Source of the DNA: an uncultured Verrucomicrobiae bacterium
GTDB taxonomy: Bacteria > Verrucomicrobiota > Verrucomicrobiia > Limisphaerales > Palsa-1400
Reading direction: 5' to 3'
NCBI GenBank assembly: GCA_963702845.1
Contig: OY969763.1
Coordinates: 4,672,001 to 4,736,000 of the forward strand
DNA length: 64,000 bases
Position numbers and translations under genes: made by a program
The notes under the pieces: generated by a model
Database searches by the model: none
Told to the model about the DNA's origin: nothing
Seen by the model: the letters and a program-made list of their open reading frames with translations, nothing else
In this document: one piece after another, positions 48,188 to 57,221 of the stretch
Position numbering within the stretch: the stretch's first letter is position 1
Layout of the letters: every line of letters begins with the position of its first letter

Positions 48188-49847
48188 CGCAAGCGCTCCT
48201 GGCAGGTCGCACGTCCTTCGCCGCGGTTGCAGATGCACGGCCTGCCTTTTGTTGTGCGACGTACTTTTCCTGCACGCGGCTCAACTTCTCTTCGATCTGA
48301 TGCAACTCGCCCTCAAAGAAAAACTCCTTCGTATCCAAAGGCACCAACTTATCGACGCGCGTCTCTGTCTCGTCGAACTTCGCGAGGAACACCTTGTCCA
48401 TCCAGGCCATGTTGCGGCTCTCATTGAACTTCAGCGCAAACGCTTTTTGCCCGTTCACCTCCGCCGTGCCCAGGATGGAAAGTTTCCCAGCCGACGTCGT
48501 CATGGTTATGTAACGTGACGGACGATGGAATGACGACAGCGACCGATAAATCAGGTTCGCGACCTTCTCGATGGACGCCAACGGCGCGGTAAAATAGTGA
48601 TATTCGCCCGTGTTGCGTGCGCAATACATCGAATGAAACCGGATGTTCAGCACCGCCAAAATATGCGCGAGATCAACCCAGTTTTGCGCCGAACGCTGCA
48701 CGTCTACCTTGCCGGCCTTGTCCGTATAAAGGCTGACGTGATTCATGATCGGGCTTTGGCTCCGAATGACCACGCCATAGTTCTGCAACCGGCGCATCGC
48801 AGCGAGCGTTGTTGGATTCAATAACTCACGCGGTGTCGAAATGTGAGCCACCCACGAAAGCTGCACGCCATTCTCATGCACCTTCTGGAACAACTTGAGA
48901 ACCTTTTCGTATTTGTTGCTCAAAATCAGTTCCGGTTGAAACGTCAAGGCGCGCGACGCGATACGGATCGTGCGAATGTGCAACAACCGCGGGTCCTCCA
49001 AAATCGGCAAAACATATTGCTCCAGCCGCTCGTATGGAATGTAAGCCGCATCACCGCCGGTGATCAGCAAGTCACTAACTTCCTTGTGCTCGCGCAGATA
49101 CTCGTGGATTTGCGCGATGTCCTCTTGGATGAACATGTCGTGATCACCGCGCACCTGTGCGTGACGGAAACAATACGTGCAAAACGCAAAACAAGTCTGC
49201 GTGCTTTGGTCGAAAACCAATTGCGTCTGCGGATATTTATGCTGACTACCTTCCAGCAACTCGATTCCGCCATTATCCCGTTCAATCCACGGCTTGTTGA
49301 GCAACTGATGCCCGTCGTGTGGATTGGTTTCCTCCATGTATTCGTCAATCACCCGCTTTCGATCCGCCTCGGTCTTCGCAAGCAGATACGCCTCCGTCAC
49401 CTTCTTACGCATCATCGTCGGTTGCGGGAAAACGAGCTGATACATCGGATCATGCTCGTAATCATTCCAATTAATTGTGTTCAGAATGTGCCGCGTCGCC
49501 TTGAACCGGTAAACTTCCACGAACAATTCGCGCTCCGTAATCCGGTCGAGCTTGACCCCATTCTTCGCCAGGATCGCCACCACTTCCCGGAACCCTTGCA
49601 ACTCCGAATACTGCGCGCGGTCATTGAACAAAAACGGGCGCGCTTCCAACAACCCAGAGTGCTGCGGATAAGCTACTTGCAACCGGCTCAGCACACCGTG
49701 CGGCAGAAGATTTTCCGTATCGATGATCGTGCGGACTTCATTCGAATACTCATAACGTTTGAGCATGCCAGCGCGTTGCTCCGCGCTCACCGTCGAACCA
49801 ATGGTCGCCCGGCCGCCCTTTTCGGGCTCAACAGTAGAATTTTTCAT
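48180..49847 (-). CDS. KamA-family radical SAM / PLP 2,3-aminomutase-like protein
   Basis: DPMYQLVFPQ, QHKYP, CFAFCTYCFR (CxxxCxxC), LITGGD, IRTIRIASR, RSQSPIM, SAGK (position of the PLP lysine). Confidence 0.85.
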   Translation of the reverse strand: MKNSTVEPEKGGRATIGSTVSAEQRAGMLKRYEYSNEVRTIIDTENLLPHGVLSRLQVAYPQHSGLLEARPFLFNDRAQYSELQGFREVVAILAKNGVKLDRITERELFVEVYRFKATRHILNTINWNDYEHDPMYQLVFPQPTMMRKKVTEAYLLAKTEADRKRVIDEYMEETNPHDGHQLLNKPWIERDNGGIELLEGSQHKYPQTQLVFDQSTQTCFAFCTYCFRHAQVRGDHDMFIQEDIAQIHEYLREHKEVSDLLITGGDAAYIPYERLEQYVLPILEDPRLLHIRTIRIASRALTFQPELILSNKYEKVLKLFQKVHENGVQLSWVAHISTPRELLNPTTLAAMRRLQNYGVVIRSQSPIMNHVSLYTDKAGKVDVQRSAQNWVDLAHILAVLNIRFHSMYCARNTGEYHYFTAPLASIEKVANLIYRSLSSFHRPSRYITMTTSAGKLSILGTAEVNGQKAFALKFNESRNMAWMDKVFLAKFDETETRVDKLVPLDTKEFFFEGELHQIEEKLSRVQEKYVAQQKAGRASATAAKDVRPARSACDD

Positions 49848-49861
49848 TTGGATCGGTTATC

Positions 49862-49887
49862 TGATTGTTTAGCTACCTAATCAATCA
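49862..49887. promoter_or_regulatory. Candidate operator (11-bp inverted repeat) upstream of the aminomutase operon
   Basis: TGATTGTTTAG-CTAC-CTAATCAATCA, one mismatch, 15-40 bp from ATG 49847. Confidence 0.5.
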
Positions 49888-50030
49888 TCTGCACCGACCG
49901 CAGCTCGGGCTAACCCTTTATTGCCATTGCTTTGACATAAATTGTCCGCACCAAAAACCCAGGGCCAGTAGGCCAAGTAGCACCCAACCTTGACCACACA
50001 CTGCGCGCTGGATAGCGTCCACGAATTCCT

Positions 50031-52046
50031 ATGCTTTTACTCCGTGCTGCGGTCTCGCTGTTGATTCTTGGTTCGGCATTAGCGTCAGAGAGCGGCGCGT
50101 CGGCGGAAGTTGTGTTGGCGCGATCAAAGCACTCGACGTGGGTTATCGAACCGATTTCTACAAATGTCGCCGGCGTCACGTTTGCGACGGAGGAGTTGCA
50201 AAAATATTTACGGCAAATGGGTGGAGCAAAATTGGCGATCGTTTCAAAGGCCGCTCAACGCAAAGCGATTGTTATCGGGTTGCGTGCCGATTTTCCGACA
50301 GACGTTGAACACGTTTTGCCACCGCAAAAGCCCGGATACGATGGCTATGCAATTTCCATTCGAGACGACGGCATCGTGATCGCGGGCGACAACGGCCCGG
50401 GCTGCATTTACGGCGTCTACGACCTTCTTGAGCATCTCGGCTGCCGCTGGTTTTACCCCACCATCGATCCGAAGGACCCCGAAGTTGTTCCAAAATTTTC
50501 CACCGTCTCACTAAAAACAAATGCATGGGCAATCGCCTCGCCCATTCGCAACCGGATTTGCAACGGGGACGCGTGGTTTTTCGAAATGGATTATTCCGCA
50601 GCGCTCAAGGAAATGGATTGGGCGATGAAGAATCGGTACAACGCAATGGGCTGGCAGGCCGCCGTGAACACCAGCAAACGATCGTTGTTGCAACAATACA
50701 ACGATCTTGGCCGGGCCGGAATCACCAGCGGAATCGAAAAGCGCGGCATGTTCATTCATGGCCCGGCACATTCGTTCGATCATTTTTTGAAATCGGACAT
50801 TTACTTCGCGAAGCACCCCGAATGGTTCGGCATGCGTAACGGAAAACGCGTTCCGCAGGCAGCGCTCGGAGCCCAGTTTTGCTGGTCCAATCCCGAAGCG
50901 CGCGCCCAGTTTATTGCCAACGCGGAGGCGTTCATCACCAATGCGCCCGACATCAAAATTTTTTGCACGGTCCCGTTTGATGGCGGTGTGGCGTGCGATT
51001 GCCCGGAGTGCCGCAAGCAAGGACCGAGCAATTTGTTGATGGTGTTGATGAAGGAATTGATCGAGCGGTTGCAGCGGTCGCGACCAGATGTGCAGGTCGA
51101 AACCGTCGGCGGCTACGGAGCAGTGCCGAACCCGCCGTCAAACCTCGCGATCATTCATCCGAAACAGCGGATCGTCTGGGCTCAGTGGGGCCGCCACCAC
51201 GGTATCGGCTACGACGATGCGAAATACGAGCGGCACAACCTGGACCTTTGGCGCGTTGCAGCAAAAGGCGGGCTGACGATTTGCCAATATTACACCGACA
51301 ACTTCGCCGAACCGTGGGTGATGGGTCCTTTCACCACGGCAATGCAAAGTGACCGGCGCTATTTTCTGAAGCACAAGGTCGACGCGGTTTATATGTTGAT
51401 GTATTCGCCCGGATACTGGTGGAACCACAGTTTGAACGGTTACATCGCAGGGCACTGCTTTTACGATGCCAGTCTTTCTCCGCGGGACGCGATTTCCGAT
51501 TACGCCCTGCATTATTTTGGAACGAACGCGGGACCGGCTTTGGCCAAATATTACGGAGAATGGGCGGACAACATTGAGTTGAGTTATCGCCTACGTGGTG
51601 AAGCGCGGAAACAGGACAGAATAACACTGGCACGAGAGCGCCAGGATCTGATTGCGCCAGCCGTTGCTGCGGCGAGAACTTCAGTCGAACGCTATCGCGT
51701 GGCAAAAGTAGAAATGTTGCATGGTCTGGCCGAGCAGTTGTACGAGTTGCATCGGCAGCACGATTTGGTGAGGTGGTTACGGATGCAGGGAAAATTTGAT
51801 GACGCTACACGGATGCTGACGAAATCCCGCACGACTGCGGATGAGACGTTGAAGCTATTCCTCAAAATCGCCAACACGAAGGAGGGCTTGATCGACGCCA
51901 ATGAGGTGCGCGGATTCATCACGCTGGCGATGAAAAATTGGATTGAGGAAGAGGCAAAAGCGATTGCCGCAAAAGACCGCACGCGCCCGGCATGGTTGGA
52001 CCGCGATCTTGCGGAAACCGAAGTTAAGCCCGGTGAACCGTTTTAA
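50031..52046 (+). CDS. Secreted DUF4838-like putative glycoside hydrolase
   Basis: Signal peptide; FATEELQKYL...DGYAI...GCIYGVYDLLEHLGCRWFYP N-domain; HSF...YFAKHPEWF...QFCWSNP; DG..CDCPEC. Confidence 0.72.
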   Translation: MLLLRAAVSLLILGSALASESGASAEVVLARSKHSTWVIEPISTNVAGVTFATEELQKYLRQMGGAKLAIVSKAAQRKAIVIGLRADFPTDVEHVLPPQKPGYDGYAISIRDDGIVIAGDNGPGCIYGVYDLLEHLGCRWFYPTIDPKDPEVVPKFSTVSLKTNAWAIASPIRNRICNGDAWFFEMDYSAALKEMDWAMKNRYNAMGWQAAVNTSKRSLLQQYNDLGRAGITSGIEKRGMFIHGPAHSFDHFLKSDIYFAKHPEWFGMRNGKRVPQAALGAQFCWSNPEARAQFIANAEAFITNAPDIKIFCTVPFDGGVACDCPECRKQGPSNLLMVLMKELIERLQRSRPDVQVETVGGYGAVPNPPSNLAIIHPKQRIVWAQWGRHHGIGYDDAKYERHNLDLWRVAAKGGLTICQYYTDNFAEPWVMGPFTTAMQSDRRYFLKHKVDAVYMLMYSPGYWWNHSLNGYIAGHCFYDASLSPRDAISDYALHYFGTNAGPALAKYYGEWADNIELSYRLRGEARKQDRITLARERQDLIAPAVAAARTSVERYRVAKVEMLHGLAEQLYELHRQHDLVRWLRMQGKFDDATRMLTKSRTTADETLKLFLKIANTKEGLIDANEVRGFITLAMKNWIEEEAKAIAAKDRTRPAWLDRDLAETEVKPGEPF

Positions 52047-52070
52047 CAAAAATTTACCTCTAATGGCGCG

Positions 52071-54722
52071 TCAAGGCGTCCATTTCAGGCGATAAAATGC
52101 CGGCGAGACCGGGCTGCCGATGTCGTGGAAGTCATCGACAAAATCGAAGATGCCGCTGGAAACCGGCGCGTTCGTGAAGATAGTCGTCCAAACAGGCAAG
52201 TTGGTTGAGCGATCGATGAAATAAGTAGAGCCTGCATTTGCAGAATATCGCAAGACAATCGAAGTGCCATTCGTGACCACCACTTCCGCAAACTGAGCTG
52301 ATGCCGGTGCGGCAATACTCTTAATCGTCACGACTCCACTCACTGTTGCTCCGTGACCATCACTCAACGTATAGCTGAATTGATCCGTCGCGCTCGCGTT
52401 ATTGGAATACGAGATAGACGTCGAGTTTGTTGCGAGAACAATTCCATTCACGCTGCTCGCACTGATGCTCGCGACGGTTAACGCGTCTCCGTCCGCATCA
52501 GCGCCGTTGCCGGTCAACGCGCTAAACGGAATCTGCAGAACAGCAGGCGCATTGTTCGTAAAACTCAGCGTACTGGATATCGAGGGCTTGCGATTGACTT
52601 TGATTGAGCCGTTAACTGTCAGACCACCGGTATACCAATTCAATCCGGCACTGAGCGCCGGAAGATTCGAGCTGACGAACCCACCGCTGTAGCTCGGCGC
52701 CGAGAATAAAGTGAAGACTTCGCCGCCGATGAGTGTTCCGCCGGTATTATTCACAAAGAGAGTCCCGCCGTAATTAAGCGTGCCCGACAACAGAACAATT
52801 TTGCCGGCAAGCGACGACCCGCCGTTGCGATTGACCGGTGTATAAACCATTCCGTTTAGCGTAGGCGCGGTGCTCAACGTCAGCGTGCCTAACGACAAAC
52901 TTGGCACGATCGTGCCGCTCGCGGTTACGTTGACCGCACCAGATATTGCCCCCTGCCCCATGAGGGTGCCGCTGTTCACCGTCACCGGCCCGCTTCCAGT
53001 CGCGGAACCTGTGGTGTTGCTCACGACGAGAATGCCGGCATTCACAGTCGTGCCGCCAGCGTACGTATTAGCCGCCATGAGTTGGAGCGTGCCGCTTCCG
53101 CTTTTGACAAGGCCACCATTTGTAACCGGAACGTTTATGGATACATCGGCAAAACTCGTCCCATTACCGATCGTCAACGTTCGAGTGCCACCACTCAAAT
53201 CGACCAATCCCGAATTACCAGAACCACTGCCTTTCGCGATCGTTGCCGTGGCGTTGTTGAGCGGATTGATTGTCGTGTCGCCACTGATGAGAATTTTTGC
53301 AGGCGCCGACGCATGCGGCATCAAATTGATCGTATTGAACGTCAGCGCGCCGCCCGAAAGTGTGAACACAGCGTTCGTATCGACTTGCAACGTGTGCACG
53401 TTGAGCGCGCCGCTACCAAGCGTCGTTGGCCCGGAGAACTGCGCTGAAATGGGGCCGCCATGCAAAACGAGCGCCGAATTATCCGCACGATAGGTCGGAT
53501 TATAGTTAATTGTCAGCGACCCGCCGTTGATGTTCAGCGTCTCGCGATTGTAAAGTTTGCGAACGTTGTAGCTGCCGGTCGAAACGCTCACGGTGATATT
53601 CGCGCTAGCGCGCTCCAGGATGACCGTGTCGTATTGACCAGAAGTCGGACCTGTCCCCGCCGCACCGGGAACGCGCGGTGTCGGCAAACCACCGGTGTCA
53701 TATGGCGGCGGCTGATCTGCGGGCGTGACCGGATCGGCCGGGGTTTGCCCGCTGTTCCAATTAGCGAGCGCGCTCCAATCGCCGCTGGTGTCGTTCCACC
53801 AGACAGCGGGAACCAAATAATTGCGAACGTATTCAAGATCGCCGTGTGAGATGTCGGCGTCACAAGTAGTATCAACATTGTTAAAGCCGGGAATGGAAAC
53901 GGCAGTGTCGTATTGCCAGAACGACCAAGGGTTGGCGTTGCCATAGTCATCCCAAGGCCCATAAAAACCGGCGTACGTATCTTTCGGGTTGTCCGTCTGC
54001 TCGTTGTAAGTAGTTGGATATCGAGCATCCCAAAGCATCGGATACGCCGGACCGATTGCGCTGGGCATGTAATAACGCGGTTTTGCGATTGAATCGCGAT
54101 GCGCCTGCGTTGCGCTTTGCAGTGTGCTGGAATAATTGCCGTTGATATAGATGCACGGTCGGATCTGCATCACCGCGTAAAGGCGATCGGAAAAATCGAC
54201 AATAAATTGCGCGAGCGTGTCGCTGCCGGAACCCGCTTCCATGTCATACATCGGCATCAAATATCCCGGCCGCATCCACGGTCCTGCCATTTGAAGAAAG
54301 TGATTCGCTTCGTCGGTGCCGGTATTACCCGCAACATCCGGACGTCCGAAATGATAAGAGCCAATCACCATTCCCGCCGCAACAGCACGAATCAAATTTT
54401 GGACGAAACGCGGATCGTCGTAGCGTTGCGAGAGCGTCTGTTGACCTGTGCCGCCCGGAAAACCCGCCGTTTGATCCACACCGGTCGTGCCACCTCGCGT
54501 GGCGCGATGGAATACGAACACGCAATTGCCATTGGTATAGGCAGTGTTCCAGTTCGATTGCACAATGCTGCCGTTCCAATACGAAATATCTGCTCCGAAC
54601 GAGCGCACTTGTGCGGTTGACGAAATGCTGCTGGTGAACAGTAATGTGCTTACAAAAAGGGGCGCAATTCGGGCGGCAAAACCGTCCAGCCACCGCTTGC
54701 CCTGCGGTCGTTTTCTTTTCAT
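52071..54722 (-). CDS. GH25 (lysozyme/muramidase-like) domain plus autotransporter-associated beta-strand repeat, cadherin/Ig-like domain and FYR C-terminal domain
   Basis: FGADISYWNG, RATRG, GSYHFGRP, PMYDME (DxE), WSFWQY; GGLVKSGSGTLQLMAANTYAGGTTVNAG; DADGDALTV..DQFSYTLSDG; ends PAFYRLKWTP. Confidence 0.85.
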   Translation of the reverse strand: MKRKRPQGKRWLDGFAARIAPLFVSTLLFTSSISSTAQVRSFGADISYWNGSIVQSNWNTAYTNGNCVFVFHRATRGGTTGVDQTAGFPGGTGQQTLSQRYDDPRFVQNLIRAVAAGMVIGSYHFGRPDVAGNTGTDEANHFLQMAGPWMRPGYLMPMYDMEAGSGSDTLAQFIVDFSDRLYAVMQIRPCIYINGNYSSTLQSATQAHRDSIAKPRYYMPSAIGPAYPMLWDARYPTTYNEQTDNPKDTYAGFYGPWDDYGNANPWSFWQYDTAVSIPGFNNVDTTCDADISHGDLEYVRNYLVPAVWWNDTSGDWSALANWNSGQTPADPVTPADQPPPYDTGGLPTPRVPGAAGTGPTSGQYDTVILERASANITVSVSTGSYNVRKLYNRETLNINGGSLTINYNPTYRADNSALVLHGGPISAQFSGPTTLGSGALNVHTLQVDTNAVFTLSGGALTFNTINLMPHASAPAKILISGDTTINPLNNATATIAKGSGSGNSGLVDLSGGTRTLTIGNGTSFADVSINVPVTNGGLVKSGSGTLQLMAANTYAGGTTVNAGILVVSNTTGSATGSGPVTVNSGTLMGQGAISGAVNVTASGTIVPSLSLGTLTLSTAPTLNGMVYTPVNRNGGSSLAGKIVLLSGTLNYGGTLFVNNTGGTLIGGEVFTLFSAPSYSGGFVSSNLPALSAGLNWYTGGLTVNGSIKVNRKPSISSTLSFTNNAPAVLQIPFSALTGNGADADGDALTVASISASSVNGIVLATNSTSISYSNNASATDQFSYTLSDGHGATVSGVVTIKSIAAPASAQFAEVVVTNGTSIVLRYSANAGSTYFIDRSTNLPVWTTIFTNAPVSSGIFDFVDDFHDIGSPVSPAFYRLKWTP

Positions 54723-54838
54723 TCGTTGGGTTCGCTCAATTTACCCAATCCAACGTGTCAACACAAGTGAACAAGCCGCTTTAATTGCTGATTTGCTGCC
54801 AAATTCTCCGAATCCAACGACGCCTACACAAATCGGTT

Positions 54839-55078
54839 TTAGAGAAGTCCTGACGTTTTGAGTTGTCCGCGAAAATCGCTCACATCGCGCAAGGCCTTAT
54901 CGATCGTCACGTCGTAATCCAGCGCAAGTTGCTCGACAATGAATGCGTCACTTTGATCTTGCATCAGCCCGCGCAAAATCGTCAACCCCATCGGGCTGAC
55001 CTGGAAGCTGTTGCCCGTGGTTGGATCGAAAACCAACCCATCTTCGTTCACCGCGAGTTTAGAAAGTGTTTTCATCAT
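54839..55078 (-). CDS. Stand-alone PqqD-family (RiPP recognition element) protein
   Basis: 79 aa; LAVNEDGLVFDPTTGNSFQVSPMGLTILRGL...IVEQLALDYDV..DKALRDVSDFRGQLKTSGLL fits the three-strand, three-helix PqqD pattern. Confidence 0.8.
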   Translation of the reverse strand: MMKTLSKLAVNEDGLVFDPTTGNSFQVSPMGLTILRGLMQDQSDAFIVEQLALDYDVTIDKALRDVSDFRGQLKTSGLL

Positions 55079-55224
55079 TTCTGGCGCTACATTGAATTCA
55101 CACCGTTAATGATTTATTTTGCCACAAGAGGAAAATTGTTAAGACCGTGTAAAAAATTTCGTGGGAGGAGGTTCCTACCCCACAAACAAAACGGAATAAA
55201 CCATCACCCCACCGAGTCCAACCA

Positions 55225-56457
55225 ATGTTAATGAAATTCCTTTCGACTCTGGTAATCTGCGCAATCACCTGCCTGACCGCCCTCGCTGCAGACGCCCCAA
55301 AATACCTCTTCTTCAACATCGCTCCCGGCGCAGAACATTTTTACACCGAACAATCCATCCGCAATGCGTTCGACGAACTGCCCAAAACTCTCCACGTCAT
55401 CGACAATCCAAACCTCCGCGTCGGCCTCTCATTCATCTTCAGCACACTGCAAACGCCAACTGAACAAATCGCCCAGCGCATCCGCACCGCACTCGATTGC
55501 AGCGAAAAATCAAGTGTCCCCGTCCTGATCGCGCTCGACGGCCAAAACTGGTGGGAAAGCCGTCCTGATTTATGGAACTGGTGGGACCCGACCAAACCCG
55601 GCTACAACCCGAGCAACATTTTCAACGTCGAATGGACCGGCTGGAGCCCGACCAACGCCATCAAAATAAGCTGGCGCAATTGGGGCACCATCCATCGCGT
55701 CGCACCCGCCCAAAACATTGCGAGCCCCAACATCCTTGCCCTTCACCTGCAGGCCTTGCGCGATCTCATTCCCATCATGGTCGAGTGGCATCGCAAACTT
55801 CCCGACGACCGCAAGTGGCTGTTCGGCGGAGTCAAACTCGGTTGGGAAACCAGCATCGGCTACAACGCATATTATTATCCCGACGGCAATCGCTACCTCG
55901 ATCAGTGGCCAACCGATTCCTCACACGACCCTGCAACCGTGCTCAACTGGAACAAAGGCTTGAGCGGCGGCGCGGTTCAAATCGGATACGCAGCCTTGAC
56001 CAGTGCTCGATTGAAAGACCACGGCGCAATCACGCGCGACGACATCGGCCTCGTCACCGCGTGGTATTTTGAAAAACTCTGCCGCACCGCACACGAAGCC
56101 GGCCTCACGCGCGAAGTTACTTTCACCCATCAAGGCGGAACCTACGAACCGTGGCAGAAGCAGCTCCCCTTTTGGCCCGCCATCAACCAATGGTCCACCC
56201 CAGGCTGGAGCTTCTACGGACTCGCCCCCAAAGACGCGGGCCCGCTCGACAAAGAATTGGACAATCAAAACCAACAACAATGGGCCGCTTGCGAATGGTG
56301 GTGGGGCGCCGGCAACGCCACCGACTGGGAAGACCATTTCGCGCGCACCCTCCATTTCCACGACTGCCGCTTCATCGACGTCTACAACTGGACCCACATG
56401 TTCAGCAACGATGTCGCCGGCCAGCGCGCCGTGCGAAGTCTAGTCGCAAGGTGGTAA
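55225..56457 (+). CDS. Secreted Trp-rich hypothetical protein, possibly a TIM-barrel glycoside hydrolase
   Basis: Signal peptide ...LTALA|AD; typical codon usage; GVKLGWETS and WAACEW could carry catalytic Glu residues. Confidence 0.7.
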   Translation: MLMKFLSTLVICAITCLTALAADAPKYLFFNIAPGAEHFYTEQSIRNAFDELPKTLHVIDNPNLRVGLSFIFSTLQTPTEQIAQRIRTALDCSEKSSVPVLIALDGQNWWESRPDLWNWWDPTKPGYNPSNIFNVEWTGWSPTNAIKISWRNWGTIHRVAPAQNIASPNILALHLQALRDLIPIMVEWHRKLPDDRKWLFGGVKLGWETSIGYNAYYYPDGNRYLDQWPTDSSHDPATVLNWNKGLSGGAVQIGYAALTSARLKDHGAITRDDIGLVTAWYFEKLCRTAHEAGLTREVTFTHQGGTYEPWQKQLPFWPAINQWSTPGWSFYGLAPKDAGPLDKELDNQNQQQWAACEWWWGAGNATDWEDHFARTLHFHDCRFIDVYNWTHMFSNDVAGQRAVRSLVARW

Positions 56458-56496
56458 ATTCCTCGCGCGTTCGCAACCGATTCGATACTCTCCCGC

Positions 56497-57216
56497 ATGG
56501 CCAAATTGGTTTTCGACATCGAAACCTCTGCTCTCCCGGTGGAAAACTTCGACGAAGCGCAACAGGAATACCTCTTTCGCGAAGCCCAGAAAATCGAGGA
56601 CGCAACCGAACGCGATACCAAGCGCGACGAAATTCAGCGCTTCTTCAGTCTCTGGCCTTTTACCGCCCAAGTCGTCTGCGTCGCCATGCTCAACGCCGAC
56701 AGTTGCCGCGGACAGGTTCTCTTCACCTCCGAAGATGCCGAGGACGGCGGTGAAGTCCCCGGCTCCGTTGAATTCGTCGCGTGCGCTGACGAAACCGAAC
56801 TGCTCACCGCATTTTGGGACGTCGCCAAACATTACGATTCTATTGTCACCTTCAACGGTCGCGGCTTCGACGTGCCCTTCATGTATCTCCGCTCCGCCAT
56901 TCTCAACGTTCCCGTCAGCCAAAAAAATTGGCTCGGCTACCGCTACCAGGTTGAACCGCACTGCGACCTGTTGGAGCAACTCACATTCTATAACGTCAGT
57001 GGTCGTGACGGCGCCGCCCGCCGTTTCAATTTGGATTTCTATTGCAAAGCTTTTGGCATCGAATCGCCAAAAGCCCACGGCGTCTCCGGCAATGACGTGA
57101 ACCAAATGATGGCCGAAGGGCGCTTCCGCGAAATCGCCGAATACTGTGCCCGCGACGTCCACGCCACCGTCCTGCTCTATAAAATTTGGAAAGAGCGTCT
57201 TTCAGGAATAAAATAA
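56497..57216 (+). CDS. 3'-5' exonuclease, PolB-like/RNase H-like DEDDy family
   Basis: VFDIET, TFNGRGFDVP, HCDL, EYCARDV. Confidence 0.88.
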   Translation: MAKLVFDIETSALPVENFDEAQQEYLFREAQKIEDATERDTKRDEIQRFFSLWPFTAQVVCVAMLNADSCRGQVLFTSEDAEDGGEVPGSVEFVACADETELLTAFWDVAKHYDSIVTFNGRGFDVPFMYLRSAILNVPVSQKNWLGYRYQVEPHCDLLEQLTFYNVSGRDGAARRFNLDFYCKAFGIESPKAHGVSGNDVNQMMAEGRFREIAEYCARDVHATVLLYKIWKERLSGIK

Positions 57217-57221
57217 ATCAA

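Noticed and set aside
48180..49847. EpmB (EF-P modification) or AblA (osmolyte) assignment
   Set aside because: Much longer than EpmB, no efp/epmA or ablB adjacent, and the lysine-binding acids appear absent.
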